DNA from: Bacilli bacterium
GTDB taxonomy: Bacteria; Bacillota_I; Bacilli_A; RFN20; CAG-826
Length of the DNA: 64,000 bases
Direction: 5' to 3'
Assembly: GCA_024408335.1 (NCBI GenBank)
Contig: JAKSVB010000010.1
Span: forward strand, 3,431 to 67,430
Shown: positions 37,137-46,320 of the stretch, in pieces
Position numbering within the stretch: the first letter of the stretch is position 1
How the letters are laid out: each line of letters begins with the position of its first letter
The notes under the pieces: model-generated
Told to the model about the DNA's origin: nothing
Database searches by the model: none
What the model saw: the letters and a program-made list of their open reading frames with translations, nothing else
Translations under genes and position numbers: made by a program

Positions 37137-40100
37137 TGGTCAATAGAGTTTACGTAGAAAAGAAACCTGGTCTTCAAAATGAGGCCAATGCTTTGTTTAA
37201 CGAATTCAAGAACCTTGTCGGAATCAAAGGACTCAAATCTCTTAGAATCCTTAACCGTTATGACCTTGAAAACATTGATGCGAAAGTCTTAGAGAAAGCG
37301 GTCAATACCGTTCTCTCTGAACCTCAACTCGATGACGTTTATTTTGATCTTCCTAAAACAAACGGCTTAACTTTCGCTGTCGAATATCTTCCAGGCCAAT
37401 TCGATCAAAGAGCAGATTCAGCCGCTCAATGCATCCAAATCATGGCGGTCATCGATAAGCCAATCATCAAAACCGCTAAGGTATACATCCTCGAAGGCGA
37501 ATTAACTAAGGAAGAAGTCGCTGCCGTTAAGAAATACGTCATTAACCCGGTCGAAGCTAGAGAAGCAAGCTTAGATCTTCCAGAAACCCTTAAAGCAAAT
37601 TACGTCATCCCAACAACTGTTAGAACTCTTGACGGCTTCATTAACAAAACCAAAGAAGAACTTGACGCTTTCGTTAAGGAAAACGGCTTAGCTATGGATC
37701 TTGATGACATCGCTTTCTGCCAAAGCTACTTTAGAAGCGAGCAAAGAGACCCAACAATCACCGAAATCAAGATGATTGACACATACTGGTCAGATCACTG
37801 CCGCCACACAACCTTCTTAACCACAATCGATAACGTTTCCTTCGAAGACGAAGAAATCCAAAAAGCATACGAAGAATATATCGCTTGCCGCAAAGAGCTT
37901 AATAGAACCAAGCCAGTTAATCTTATGGACATCGGCACCCTTGCCGCCAAAGTCCTTAAGAAAAGAGGCCTTTTAGAAAAACTCGACGAATCAGAAGAAA
38001 TCAACGCCTGTACCGTCAAGATCGATGTCAAAGTCGATGGCGAAACAAAAAAATGGCTCCTTCTTTTCAAGAACGAAACCCATAACCACCCAACCGAAAT
38101 CGAACCTTTCGGTGGCGCAGCAACTTGTATCGGTGGCGCAATCCGTGACCCTCTTTCAGGAAGAAGCTACGTCTATGGTGCAATGCGTGTCACTGGCGCT
38201 GGCGATCCAACCGTTCCTCTTAACGAAACCATCCAAGGCAAACTCCCACAACGTAAGCTCGTTCAAACCGCAGCTGCTGGCTACTCCTCATACGGTAACC
38301 AAATCGGTTTAGCAACAGGCATCGTTGATGAAATCTATCACCCAGGATATGTCGCAAAGCGTATGGAAATCGGTGCTGTCATTGCAGCAACCCCAGCCGA
38401 AAACGTTAGACGTGAATGCCCAGTCGATGGCGATATCGTCATCCTTCTTGGTGGCAGAACTGGCAGAGATGGCGTCGGTGGTGCTACTGGCTCATCCAAA
38501 GCCCATAACGCCCACTCAGTCGAAACCTGTGGCGCAGAAGTCCAAAAAGGTAACGCCCCAGAAGAAAGAAAACTCCAAAGGCTCTTTAGAAACAAAGAAG
38601 CTTGCCAAATGATCAAACGTTGCAACGACTTCGGCGCTGGCGGCGTTTCCGTCGCTATCGGCGAGCTTGCTGATGGCCTTTCAATCAACCTCAATGCCGT
38701 TCCAAAGAAATACGAAGGCCTTGATGGAACTGAACTCGCAATCAGCGAATCACAAGAAAGAATGGCAGTCGTCGTTGAACCAGAAAACGTTAATGCCTTC
38801 TTAGAAATCGCAAACAAAGAAAACCTCGAAGCGACAGTTGTTGCAGTCGTCACAGAGTCTCCACGTCTTGTCATGAAGTGGAACGACAAAGTCATTGTTG
38901 ATATTAGCCGTGAATTCCTTAATTCAAACGGCGCTGAAAAGCATATCGACATCATCGCTTCAAAGCCTCTTGATTACAAAAAGGAAATCAAAGGGGACTT
39001 CGCTTCAAACCTCAAAGCTCTTGCTGGCGATCTTAACGTCTGCTCCAAGCGTGGCTTAAGCGAAAGATTTGACTCAACCATCGGCGCAGGATCGGTCACC
39101 ATGCCATTTGGTGGTAAGCACCAAAGAACACCTGTTCAATGTATGGTCACCAAGATCTCGGTCGAAGAAAAACACACAGACGAATGTTCCTTCATGTCAT
39201 GGGGCTATAACCCATTCATCATGGAGAAAAACCCATATCAAGGCGCATACCTTTCAGTCGTTGAAAGCGTCTCTAAGCTTATTGCAGCAGGCGCTAAATT
39301 CGAAGACGTCTATCTCACCTTCCAAGAATACTTCAAGAAGCCTATGAAAGACGCTAGACGTTGGGGCGAGCCTCTTAGCGCACTCCTTGGCGCTTTCAAA
39401 GCCCAACTCGACTATGGTATCGCCGCAATCGGTGGCAAAGACTCAATGTCAGGCTCATTCGAGAAACTCGATGTCCCTCCAACGCTTGTCTCCTTTGCAG
39501 TCACCACAGGAAACGTTAACGAAGTTCTCACTAACGAATTCAAAGAAGCAGGCAGCAAAGTCTATCTCTTAAAACCAACTTATGACGCTAACGGCCTTCC
39601 AAACGTCGAAAGTCTCAAAGCCCTCTTTAAGAAAGTCGAAGAGCTTAACGCCAAAGGCTATATCAAATCATGCTTCACCCCAACTCTTGGAGGTGTCATA
39701 GAAGCAGTCATGAAAGCCGCAATCGGTAATGGATTTGGCTTCCTCTTTAACGACAAACTCACTCTCGAAGATATCCTTGGCTATGCATATGGTTCATTCA
39801 TGATTGAAACGAGTGTTGAACTTGATGGCCTCTATATCGGTGAAGTCACGAGTACCGACAAGTATGTCTATCAAAACGAAGAAGTCGCTATCTCCGATAT
39901 CGATGATTTATATGAAGGCAAACTCGAAAGCGTTTACCCAACCCTCGAAAAGAAAGATAACAAGGTTTATGAATCCTTCTCTTACAAAGAGGAAGCTAAG
40001 GCCCACGCTTCAAAACATTACGATGAAGTAAGAGTCCTTATCCCAGTCTTCCCAGGAACAAATTGTGAATTCGATTCCGCCAAAGTCATGAGAGACGCAG

Positions 40101-40822
40101 GGGCAGCAGTCAAAATCTTCGTCGTCAATAACCTCGACACAGATCACCTCAACAAATCCATCATGGATTTCGCAGAAGAAGTGAAGAAGAGCCAAATCAT
40201 CTTCGTTCCAGGTGGTTTCAGCGGTGGCGACGAACCAGATGGATCCGCTAAATTCATTACATCATTCTTCAGAAACGAAGCAGTCAAGAATGCCGTTACC
40301 GACCTTCTTGATAATAGAGAAGGCTTGATGCTTGGTATCTGTAATGGCTTCCAAGCCTTAATCAAACTTGGTCTTGTTCCATTTGGAAAGATCATGGATA
40401 CAGATCAAGCTTGCCCAACCCTTACCTTCAACACAATCGCTAGACACCAATCAAAGATTGTTAGAACAAGAATCGCCTCAAACAAATCGCCATGGCTTGC
40501 TAGAACCAAAGTCGGTGACGTCTATAACGTTGCCATATCACATGGTGAAGGCCGCTTCTTCGCAAGTGAAGAACTCGTAAGAGAACTCGCAAAGAATGGT
40601 CAAATTGCTACACAATATGTTAATCTTAATGGCGAAGCAACCGACGATATCCGTTATAACCCAAATAACTCTGTTTTAGCAGTCGAGGGTATCACCTCAT
40701 TCGATGGCAGAGTTCTTGGAAAGATGGGCCACAGCGAACGTATCGGAAACGGATTATATAAGAACGTCTACGGCGAATATGACATGGAAATGTTTAAGTC
40801 CGCAGTCGAATTCTTTAAATAA
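37136..40822 (+). CDS. purL: Phosphoribosylformylglycinamidine synthase, single-chain large form (PurL with fused PurQ-like glutaminase)
   Basis: 1228 aa. An N-terminal PurS-like region, two AIRS-type domains and a C-terminal class-I glutaminase domain ('GICNGFQAL') are present. The ATG overlaps the purD stop. Confidence 0.88.
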   Translation: MVNRVYVEKKPGLQNEANALFNEFKNLVGIKGLKSLRILNRYDLENIDAKVLEKAVNTVLSEPQLDDVYFDLPKTNGLTFAVEYLPGQFDQRADSAAQCIQIMAVIDKPIIKTAKVYILEGELTKEEVAAVKKYVINPVEAREASLDLPETLKANYVIPTTVRTLDGFINKTKEELDAFVKENGLAMDLDDIAFCQSYFRSEQRDPTITEIKMIDTYWSDHCRHTTFLTTIDNVSFEDEEIQKAYEEYIACRKELNRTKPVNLMDIGTLAAKVLKKRGLLEKLDESEEINACTVKIDVKVDGETKKWLLLFKNETHNHPTEIEPFGGAATCIGGAIRDPLSGRSYVYGAMRVTGAGDPTVPLNETIQGKLPQRKLVQTAAAGYSSYGNQIGLATGIVDEIYHPGYVAKRMEIGAVIAATPAENVRRECPVDGDIVILLGGRTGRDGVGGATGSSKAHNAHSVETCGAEVQKGNAPEERKLQRLFRNKEACQMIKRCNDFGAGGVSVAIGELADGLSINLNAVPKKYEGLDGTELAISESQERMAVVVEPENVNAFLEIANKENLEATVVAVVTESPRLVMKWNDKVIVDISREFLNSNGAEKHIDIIASKPLDYKKEIKGDFASNLKALAGDLNVCSKRGLSERFDSTIGAGSVTMPFGGKHQRTPVQCMVTKISVEEKHTDECSFMSWGYNPFIMEKNPYQGAYLSVVESVSKLIAAGAKFEDVYLTFQEYFKKPMKDARRWGEPLSALLGAFKAQLDYGIAAIGGKDSMSGSFEKLDVPPTLVSFAVTTGNVNEVLTNEFKEAGSKVYLLKPTYDANGLPNVESLKALFKKVEELNAKGYIKSCFTPTLGGVIEAVMKAAIGNGFGFLFNDKLTLEDILGYAYGSFMIETSVELDGLYIGEVTSTDKYVYQNEEVAISDIDDLYEGKLESVYPTLEKKDNKVYESFSYKEEAKAHASKHYDEVRVLIPVFPGTNCEFDSAKVMRDAGAAVKIFVVNNLDTDHLNKSIMDFAEEVKKSQIIFVPGGFSGGDEPDGSAKFITSFFRNEAVKNAVTDLLDNREGLMLGICNGFQALIKLGLVPFGKIMDTDQACPTLTFNTIARHQSKIVRTRIASNKSPWLARTKVGDVYNVAISHGEGRFFASEELVRELAKNGQIATQYVNLNGEATDDIRYNPNNSVLAVEGITSFDGRVLGKMGHSERIGNGLYKNVYGEYDMEMFKSAVEFFK

Positions 40823-40844
40823 AGAACCTTAGGAGGAATAAAGA

Positions 40845-42509
40845 ATGCTTACAGACATCGAAATCGCTCAAAAGTGTGAAAAGAAGAATATCTTCGAAAT
40901 CGCAAAAGTCGCCGGAGTCGACGACAAATACCTTGAGCCTTATGGCAAATACAAAGCCAAAGTCGACTACGCCCTTTTAAAAGAAGGCCGTAAGAAAGGC
41001 AAACTCATCCTCGTCACTGCAATCACTCCAACTCCTGCAGGCGAAGGCAAAACAACAACAAGCATCGGTCTTACCGATGGTCTTAGAAAGATCGGCAAGA
41101 ACGCAATGGCAGCTTTAAGAGAACCATCTCTTGGCCCAGTCTTTGGCATCAAAGGCGGCGCTGCAGGTGGCGGATACGCTCAAGTTGTCCCAATGGAAGA
41201 TATTAACCTTCACTTCACTGGTGACTTCCACGCTATCACCTCAGCCAACAACCTTCTCTGTGCTCTTTTAGATAACTCAATCCAACAAGGTAACCCTCTT
41301 GGCATTGACTCACGTAAGATCGTCATCAAGAGATGCCTCGATATGAATGACCGCCAACTTAGATTTGTCGTCGATGGACTGGGCGGCAAAATCAACGGCA
41401 CCCCAAGAGAAGATGGCTTTGATATCACTGTCGCTAGTGAAGTCATGGCAATCTTCTGCTTAGCAACCTCAATCAATGACCTCAAGGAAAGAATCGGCAG
41501 AATGATCGTCGCCTACACTTATGACGACAAACCAGTCACTGCTAAAGATCTCCACGCAGTTGGCGCTATGACAGCTCTTCTTAAAGACGCCATCAAACCA
41601 AACCTCGTCCAAACTCTTGAAGGCACTCCTTGCTTCGTCCATGGCGGCCCATTTGCGAATATCGCTCATGGCTGCAACTCCGTCACCGCAACAAACATGG
41701 CTATGTCACTTGCTGACTCTACTGTCACAGAAGCAGGATTTGGCGCAGATTTAGGCGCTGAGAAGTTCCTTGATATCAAATGCCGTTTAGCAGGCCTCAA
41801 ACCTGACTGCGTCGTTATGGTTGCAACCGTTAGAGCCCTTAAGATGCACGGCGGCTTAAAGAAAACAGAACTTGCTAACGAAAACCTCGAAGCCCTTGAA
41901 AAAGGTCTTCCAAACCTTCTTAGACACATCGACAACATCAAATCCGTCTATCATCTTCCATGCGTCGTCGCTATCAACCGTTTCCCAACCGATACCAATG
42001 CCGAAATCGAACTCGTTGATAGAAAGTGCAAAGAGCTCGGCGCTAACGTCAAACTCTCAACCGTTTGGGCTGATGGCGGTAATGGCGGCGTTGAACTTGC
42101 AAAAGAAGTCGTCCGCCTTTGCGAAGAATCAAACGACTTCAGCTTCAGCTATGAACTCGAAGGCTCAATCGAAGACAAACTCGATCAAATCGTTAAGAAG
42201 ATCTATCGTGGAAGCCGCGTAGTTCTTACAGCTTCCGCAAAAAAGCAAGCTGCTAGACTTGAAGAACTCGGATTCGGAAATCTCCCAATCTGCGTTGCAA
42301 AAACCCAATATTCATTCTCAGATGACCAAACAAAGCTTGGCGCTCCAGAAAACTTCGAGGTCACCGTTAGAAACCTCAAAGTCAGTGCAGGCGCAGGCTT
42401 CATCGTTGCCTTGACTGGCGAAATCATGACAATGCCAGGACTTCCAAAAGTTCCTGCTGCCAATAACATCGACGTCGATGAAGATGGCAACATCTCAGGC
42501 TTGTTCTAA
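40845..42509 (+). CDS. fhs: Formate--tetrahydrofolate ligase
   Basis: 554 aa; the P-loop '[16 protein letters not shown]' is the Fhs signature. SD AGGAGGA; terminator at 42528-42570. Confidence 0.92.
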   Translation: MLTDIEIAQKCEKKNIFEIAKVAGVDDKYLEPYGKYKAKVDYALLKEGRKKGKLILVTAITPTPAGEGKTTTSIGLTDGLRKIGKNAMAALREPSLGPVFGIKGGAAGGGYAQVVPMEDINLHFTGDFHAITSANNLLCALLDNSIQQGNPLGIDSRKIVIKRCLDMNDRQLRFVVDGLGGKINGTPREDGFDITVASEVMAIFCLATSINDLKERIGRMIVAYTYDDKPVTAKDLHAVGAMTALLKDAIKPNLVQTLEGTPCFVHGGPFANIAHGCNSVTATNMAMSLADSTVTEAGFGADLGAEKFLDIKCRLAGLKPDCVVMVATVRALKMHGGLKKTELANENLEALEKGLPNLLRHIDNIKSVYHLPCVVAINRFPTDTNAEIELVDRKCKELGANVKLSTVWADGGNGGVELAKEVVRLCEESNDFSFSYELEGSIEDKLDQIVKKIYRGSRVVLTASAKKQAARLEELGFGNLPICVAKTQYSFSDDQTKLGAPENFEVTVRNLKVSAGAGFIVALTGEIMTMPGLPKVPAANNIDVDEDGNISGLF

Positions 42510-42527
42510 AGAGCACTAACAGATATT

Positions 42528-42570
42528 AAAAAGCTCCTAACCGACACTTGCTGGTTAGGAGCTTTTCGTT
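42528..42570 (+). terminator. Terminator after fhs (end of pur operon)
   Basis: AAGCTCCTAACC…GGTTAGGAGCTT followed by TTTT. Confidence 0.75.
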
Positions 42571-42600
42571 GTAACCGCTGATTTATTACAGATTTCGGTT

Positions 42601-42936
42601 TTACTTTTTTGTATTTCTGTTTATGGCAAAACACGCAGTTTCGTAATCTATATCGCCTTTTGCATATAAATGAATAATCCTTTTTAGATTTGGAGGAACC
42701 TCATTTCCGCCTGTGGCATTGATTGCAAACGCCAATTCTTCTTCTCTGTTTAATTCTTCTTTTGATTCTAGTTCGATTTCGAAAGGTATAGCCCTTTTTA
42801 TGATAACTTGCTTCAAAAACATAGACACAGCATAGGACATGTTCACTCCTAACTCTTCTAGGATTTTTTCGGATTCGTTTTTTATGGAAGGAGAAATCCT
42901 TACATGTATCGTCTGTGTTTTGCTTGTTTGATTCAT
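42601..42936 (-). CDS. RelB/DinJ-family antitoxin-like protein with C-terminal extension (orphan)
   Basis: Start at the internal Met (SD GAGGA, 6-nt spacer); a possible -10 TACAAT lies upstream. 'IHVRISPSIKNESEKILEELGVNMSYAVSMFLKQVIIKRAIPFEI' is a DinJ-type ribbon-helix-helix. A C-terminal extension of about 35 aa follows. No toxin ORF is present on either side. Confidence 0.6.
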   Translation of the reverse strand: MNQTSKTQTIHVRISPSIKNESEKILEELGVNMSYAVSMFLKQVIIKRAIPFEIELESKEELNREEELAFAINATGGNEVPPNLKRIIHLYAKGDIDYETACFAINRNTKK

Positions 42937-43188
42937 AAACTGTCCTCGAACAATATTGTAGCACAAATGGTACACAAAACAATATTTATGACAATAGGTG
43001 AGGTGTTATACAAACCAAAAGGCCTTATTTGCTCGTGTGCTTTTTAAGCTTGCCAAGTAACAAAAGATATAAATAGCTAAATAAGAGGATTAGGCCTAAA
43101 AGAAGGATGATCCACCACATGCATCCCATGAATGGGAGGCTATTTGAGAAGCCAAACGCCACACAGAGTATCGCGATATTCGTAAACG

Positions 43189-43689
43189 TTATTCCTCTTT
43201 TTGACCGTTAAGTTGAAGAGGGCGCTTTAAGAATAAAACGCACGCAAAATAAATAAGGTAAGGCACGCTACATGAAGTATATAAAACGAATTCATCAATA
43301 GACGTAATTGAAAAAATAGATAGATTGATTTTTGCAAGGAAGGCGATCAAAAGAAAGAGATCAATAATTATTAAAAGTGAGAGAAAAGACAAAGAGGACC
43401 AAAATGTTTGTTTGGAATACTTGTCACTTAACGCTCCATCTGCTTCGTGTTTTTTCAAAAAAGCAATATCTAAATACACATGGTAAGCAAGAGGCATTGC
43501 CATAATTAAGAAGAACGCTATAAACGGCACAAAACCATCAGCAGGGAAGCTATTTGCTAAAGGATTTTCCGCAAACACAATAATCAAAGTTTGAACAAGG
43601 AAAAAACCGGCAACAAGCAAACTTATAACACTTAATACGGAAGATACGATTAGCCAAATAGATACTTTTGTTTTCATGCTTTTACTCAA
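43189..43689 (-). CDS. Hypothetical integral membrane protein
   Basis: 166 aa, about 4 predicted TM helices, no recognisable family. Confidence 0.5.
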   Translation of the reverse strand: MSKSMKTKVSIWLIVSSVLSVISLLVAGFFLVQTLIIVFAENPLANSFPADGFVPFIAFFLIMAMPLAYHVYLDIAFLKKHEADGALSDKYSKQTFWSSLSFLSLLIIIDLFLLIAFLAKINLSIFSITSIDEFVLYTSCSVPYLIYFACVLFLKRPLQLNGQKEE

Positions 43690-43870
43690 TAGTGATGATA
43701 TGTCACTGCCCTTTTCTTTTTATATGTTAGCATTTTTCCAAAAAAAACAACTAAACATCTTTTATAGTTTTTAATGATTTCTGGTTCCTTTGCAAAGATA
43801 TTCATCCTTTCTCGCTTTGGAGCCCTTTTTGTTTTGCTATGAACACCAAATAATCTATACTTAGATTAAT

Positions 43871-44734
43871 ATGAATAACATGCAGCAAAAGAACGTACAT
43901 TATTTCCCTGGCCACATGGCTAAGGCTCTTCGTGAAATGGCGCCATTCGTCAAGAATGCTGACATTGTCGTCGAAGTCGCTGACGCTAGAGCGCCTTATT
44001 CCACTAGAAACGGTCTTTTGCATAGCTTAATTGAAGGCAAACCACATCTTCTTGTTCTTTCGAAGAACGATAAAGCAGATCAAATGACAACCGCTAGATG
44101 GGTCAGTAAATTCAACGAAGCAGGAATCGTTTGTTTTGCTTCAAACCTTAGAGGCGAAAAGGTCATGGATCTACTCATTAAGATGAGCGAGCCTCTTGTT
44201 GCCAAGAAAAGAGAAAAAGAGAAGAAGCTTGGGATGAGAAAACAACCTCTTAAACTCCTCATTGTTGGTATCCCTAATGTTGGTAAAAGCACCCTTATCA
44301 ATAACCTTGCTGGAAGACGTGTCGCTAAAGCCGCAAACACACCAGGCGTTACTAGAAGCGAGCAATGGGTTAAACTCTCAAACGATTTCGTTCTCCTCGA
44401 TACGCCTGGCATTCTCCCTATGAACTATACCGAGCCATTAACCGCCAAACGTTTAGCGGTATTAGGTTCAATCAAAGAGGACATACTCCCTCGCGATGAA
44501 CTTTATCGTTTCCTTTTCATGTATCTCCGCGAAAACTACAAAGGATGCATGAAAGATAGATACGGCATCGAAAATCTTGAAAAGCTTGACGCTGACAAAG
44601 TCCTTGAGGAAGTAGCTAAGAGCAGAGGATACCTCCTTAAAGACGGCGTTTACGATATCGAAAAAGCAGTTTCTTGCATCTTCAAAGACCTCCAAGAAGG
44701 CTATTTTGGAAAGATCAGTTTGGAGAGACCTTAA
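43871..44734 (+). CDS. rbgA: Ribosome biogenesis GTPase A (YlqF/RbgA)
   Basis: 287 aa, circularly permuted GTPase ('WFPGHMAKA', 'GIPNVGKST'). It is followed by rnhB as in Bacillus. Confidence 0.88.
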   Translation: MNNMQQKNVHYFPGHMAKALREMAPFVKNADIVVEVADARAPYSTRNGLLHSLIEGKPHLLVLSKNDKADQMTTARWVSKFNEAGIVCFASNLRGEKVMDLLIKMSEPLVAKKREKEKKLGMRKQPLKLLIVGIPNVGKSTLINNLAGRRVAKAANTPGVTRSEQWVKLSNDFVLLDTPGILPMNYTEPLTAKRLAVLGSIKEDILPRDELYRFLFMYLRENYKGCMKDRYGIENLEKLDADKVLEEVAKSRGYLLKDGVYDIEKAVSCIFKDLQEGYFGKISLERP

Positions 44735-45354
44735 TGCTAAATAAAGAGAAAGAATTCTTATCTTCTTCAGTAAAACTTATCGTTGGCATTGACGAAGCGG
44801 GAAGAGGCCCTTTAGCAGGTCCTGTTTTTGCTGCTGCCGCACTTTTTGATGCGTCTTTTGAAGATGAGTTAATCAATGATTCAAAGAAACTCACAGAGAA
44901 GAAAAGAGAGGCTCTTTTTTCTTTAATAAAAGAAAAAGCGTTATCTTTTGGTATCGCTTCTTGCTCAGCAGAAGAGATTGATAAATATAACATCTATGAG
45001 GCAACGAAAATCGCCATGAAGAAAGCGTTAGAACAAATTTCCATTGACTATGATTTAATCATCACTGACGCTATGCCACTAAAAATTCCAGGAAAGAATG
45101 TTATCGCCATGGTCAAAGGTGATGCGCAGTGCATGAATGTCGCTGCGGCCTCCATTCTAGCGAAAGTCAGCCGTGACCATTACATGGAAGAGCTTGATAA
45201 GAAATATCCTGAATATGGATTTGCAAAACATAAGGGATATGGCACCAAAGCCCACATCGAAGCCCTCAATAAATACGGTCCAATCGAAGGCGTTCACCGT
45301 AAGACTTTCGCCCCTGTAAAGGACTTCTACAAAACCCAACTTAAACTTTTTTAA
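44734..45354 (+). CDS. rnhB: Ribonuclease HII
   Basis: Start overlaps the rbgA stop (TAATG); the ORF-track start 44674 is in frame upstream but inside rbgA. 'VGIDEAGRGPLAGPV' is the RNase HII signature. Confidence 0.88.
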   Translation: MLNKEKEFLSSSVKLIVGIDEAGRGPLAGPVFAAAALFDASFEDELINDSKKLTEKKREALFSLIKEKALSFGIASCSAEEIDKYNIYEATKIAMKKALEQISIDYDLIITDAMPLKIPGKNVIAMVKGDAQCMNVAAASILAKVSRDHYMEELDKKYPEYGFAKHKGYGTKAHIEALNKYGPIEGVHRKTFAPVKDFYKTQLKLF

Positions 45355-45399
45355 AAAAATTTCTGATTTCTCCTCTATATGAAGGTGGAGGAAAAAGAA

Positions 45400-46194
45400 A
45401 TGAAAAAATACGAACCACGAGACATTCTTATATATCTCGCATTTAAACACGAGGGAGATTGGGACGCATGCGTTGCGGGCATAAGGTCTCATGAGCATTT
45501 TGATGAAGAAGAATATGAAAAGCTCCTAAAAACAAACGGCAGCAAAATCATCACGATGCTTGACGACGAATATCCTAATTATCTTAAGACAATGATGAAA
45601 CCGCCTTTGGTTCTCTTTTACTATGGCGATATCTCGATTTTAAAAGATCAAAGAAAGAACATCGGGTATGTTGGATCAAGAGAAGCCTCATCCTATGGAC
45701 TTGAGACCGCTAAAAACATATGCAAGGACCTTGCTGGATATGGCTATAACGTCATTAGCGGTCTTGCTTCTGGAATCGATACAGCCGCCACAGAAGGCGC
45801 TATAGAAGGAAAAGGCAAAGCCGTTGCCGTCCTTGGAAACGGCATCGACTACTGTTACCCATCCGAGAATACGCCTTTATATAGGCAGCTCATCCATGAA
45901 GGACTTGTCATAAGCGAGTATCCTGGCATGACAAGACCTAGTAAAGAAACCTTCCCTTTCCGCAATAGGCTTATCGCTTGTCTTTCAAAAGCCGTCGTAG
46001 TGGGTGAAGCGTCCATCAGAAGCGGCACCCTCATAACCGTCAACTATGCTTTAAGCAACAACATCGACGTTGGCTGCGTGCCGTATCGCGCTGGGGAGAA
46101 CAGTGCTTGCAATGTCCTTATTAAAGAAGGCGCTTTTATGATCGAAAACGCTGAAGACATTATGACGATGGTCGGAAATAACAGCAAAAAATAG
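45400..46194 (+). CDS. dprA: DNA-processing protein DprA (Smf)
   Basis: Start at the second Met (SD GGTGGAGG). The Rossmann-like DprA domain has 'GYVGSREAS…SGLASGIDTAA'. Confidence 0.85.
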   Translation: MKKYEPRDILIYLAFKHEGDWDACVAGIRSHEHFDEEEYEKLLKTNGSKIITMLDDEYPNYLKTMMKPPLVLFYYGDISILKDQRKNIGYVGSREASSYGLETAKNICKDLAGYGYNVISGLASGIDTAATEGAIEGKGKAVAVLGNGIDYCYPSENTPLYRQLIHEGLVISEYPGMTRPSKETFPFRNRLIACLSKAVVVGEASIRSGTLITVNYALSNNIDVGCVPYRAGENSACNVLIKEGAFMIENAEDIMTMVGNNSKK

Positions 46195-46320
46195 CCCAAA
46201 AATTTTACATATTTTTCTATAAATAAGTCCTTATTTATATATATAGGAAAAGGAGAAAACCCGTTTGACAAGCACCAATGAAGCAAATATAGTACTCTCG
46301 CAAATCGAAAGGCCCCCATC

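Noticed and set aside
38338-38955. 205-aa antisense ORF inside purL (and many similar antisense ORFs in the track)
   Set aside because: It lies antisense to a well-supported conserved gene and has the low-complexity composition typical of antisense frames of GC3-biased coding sequence.
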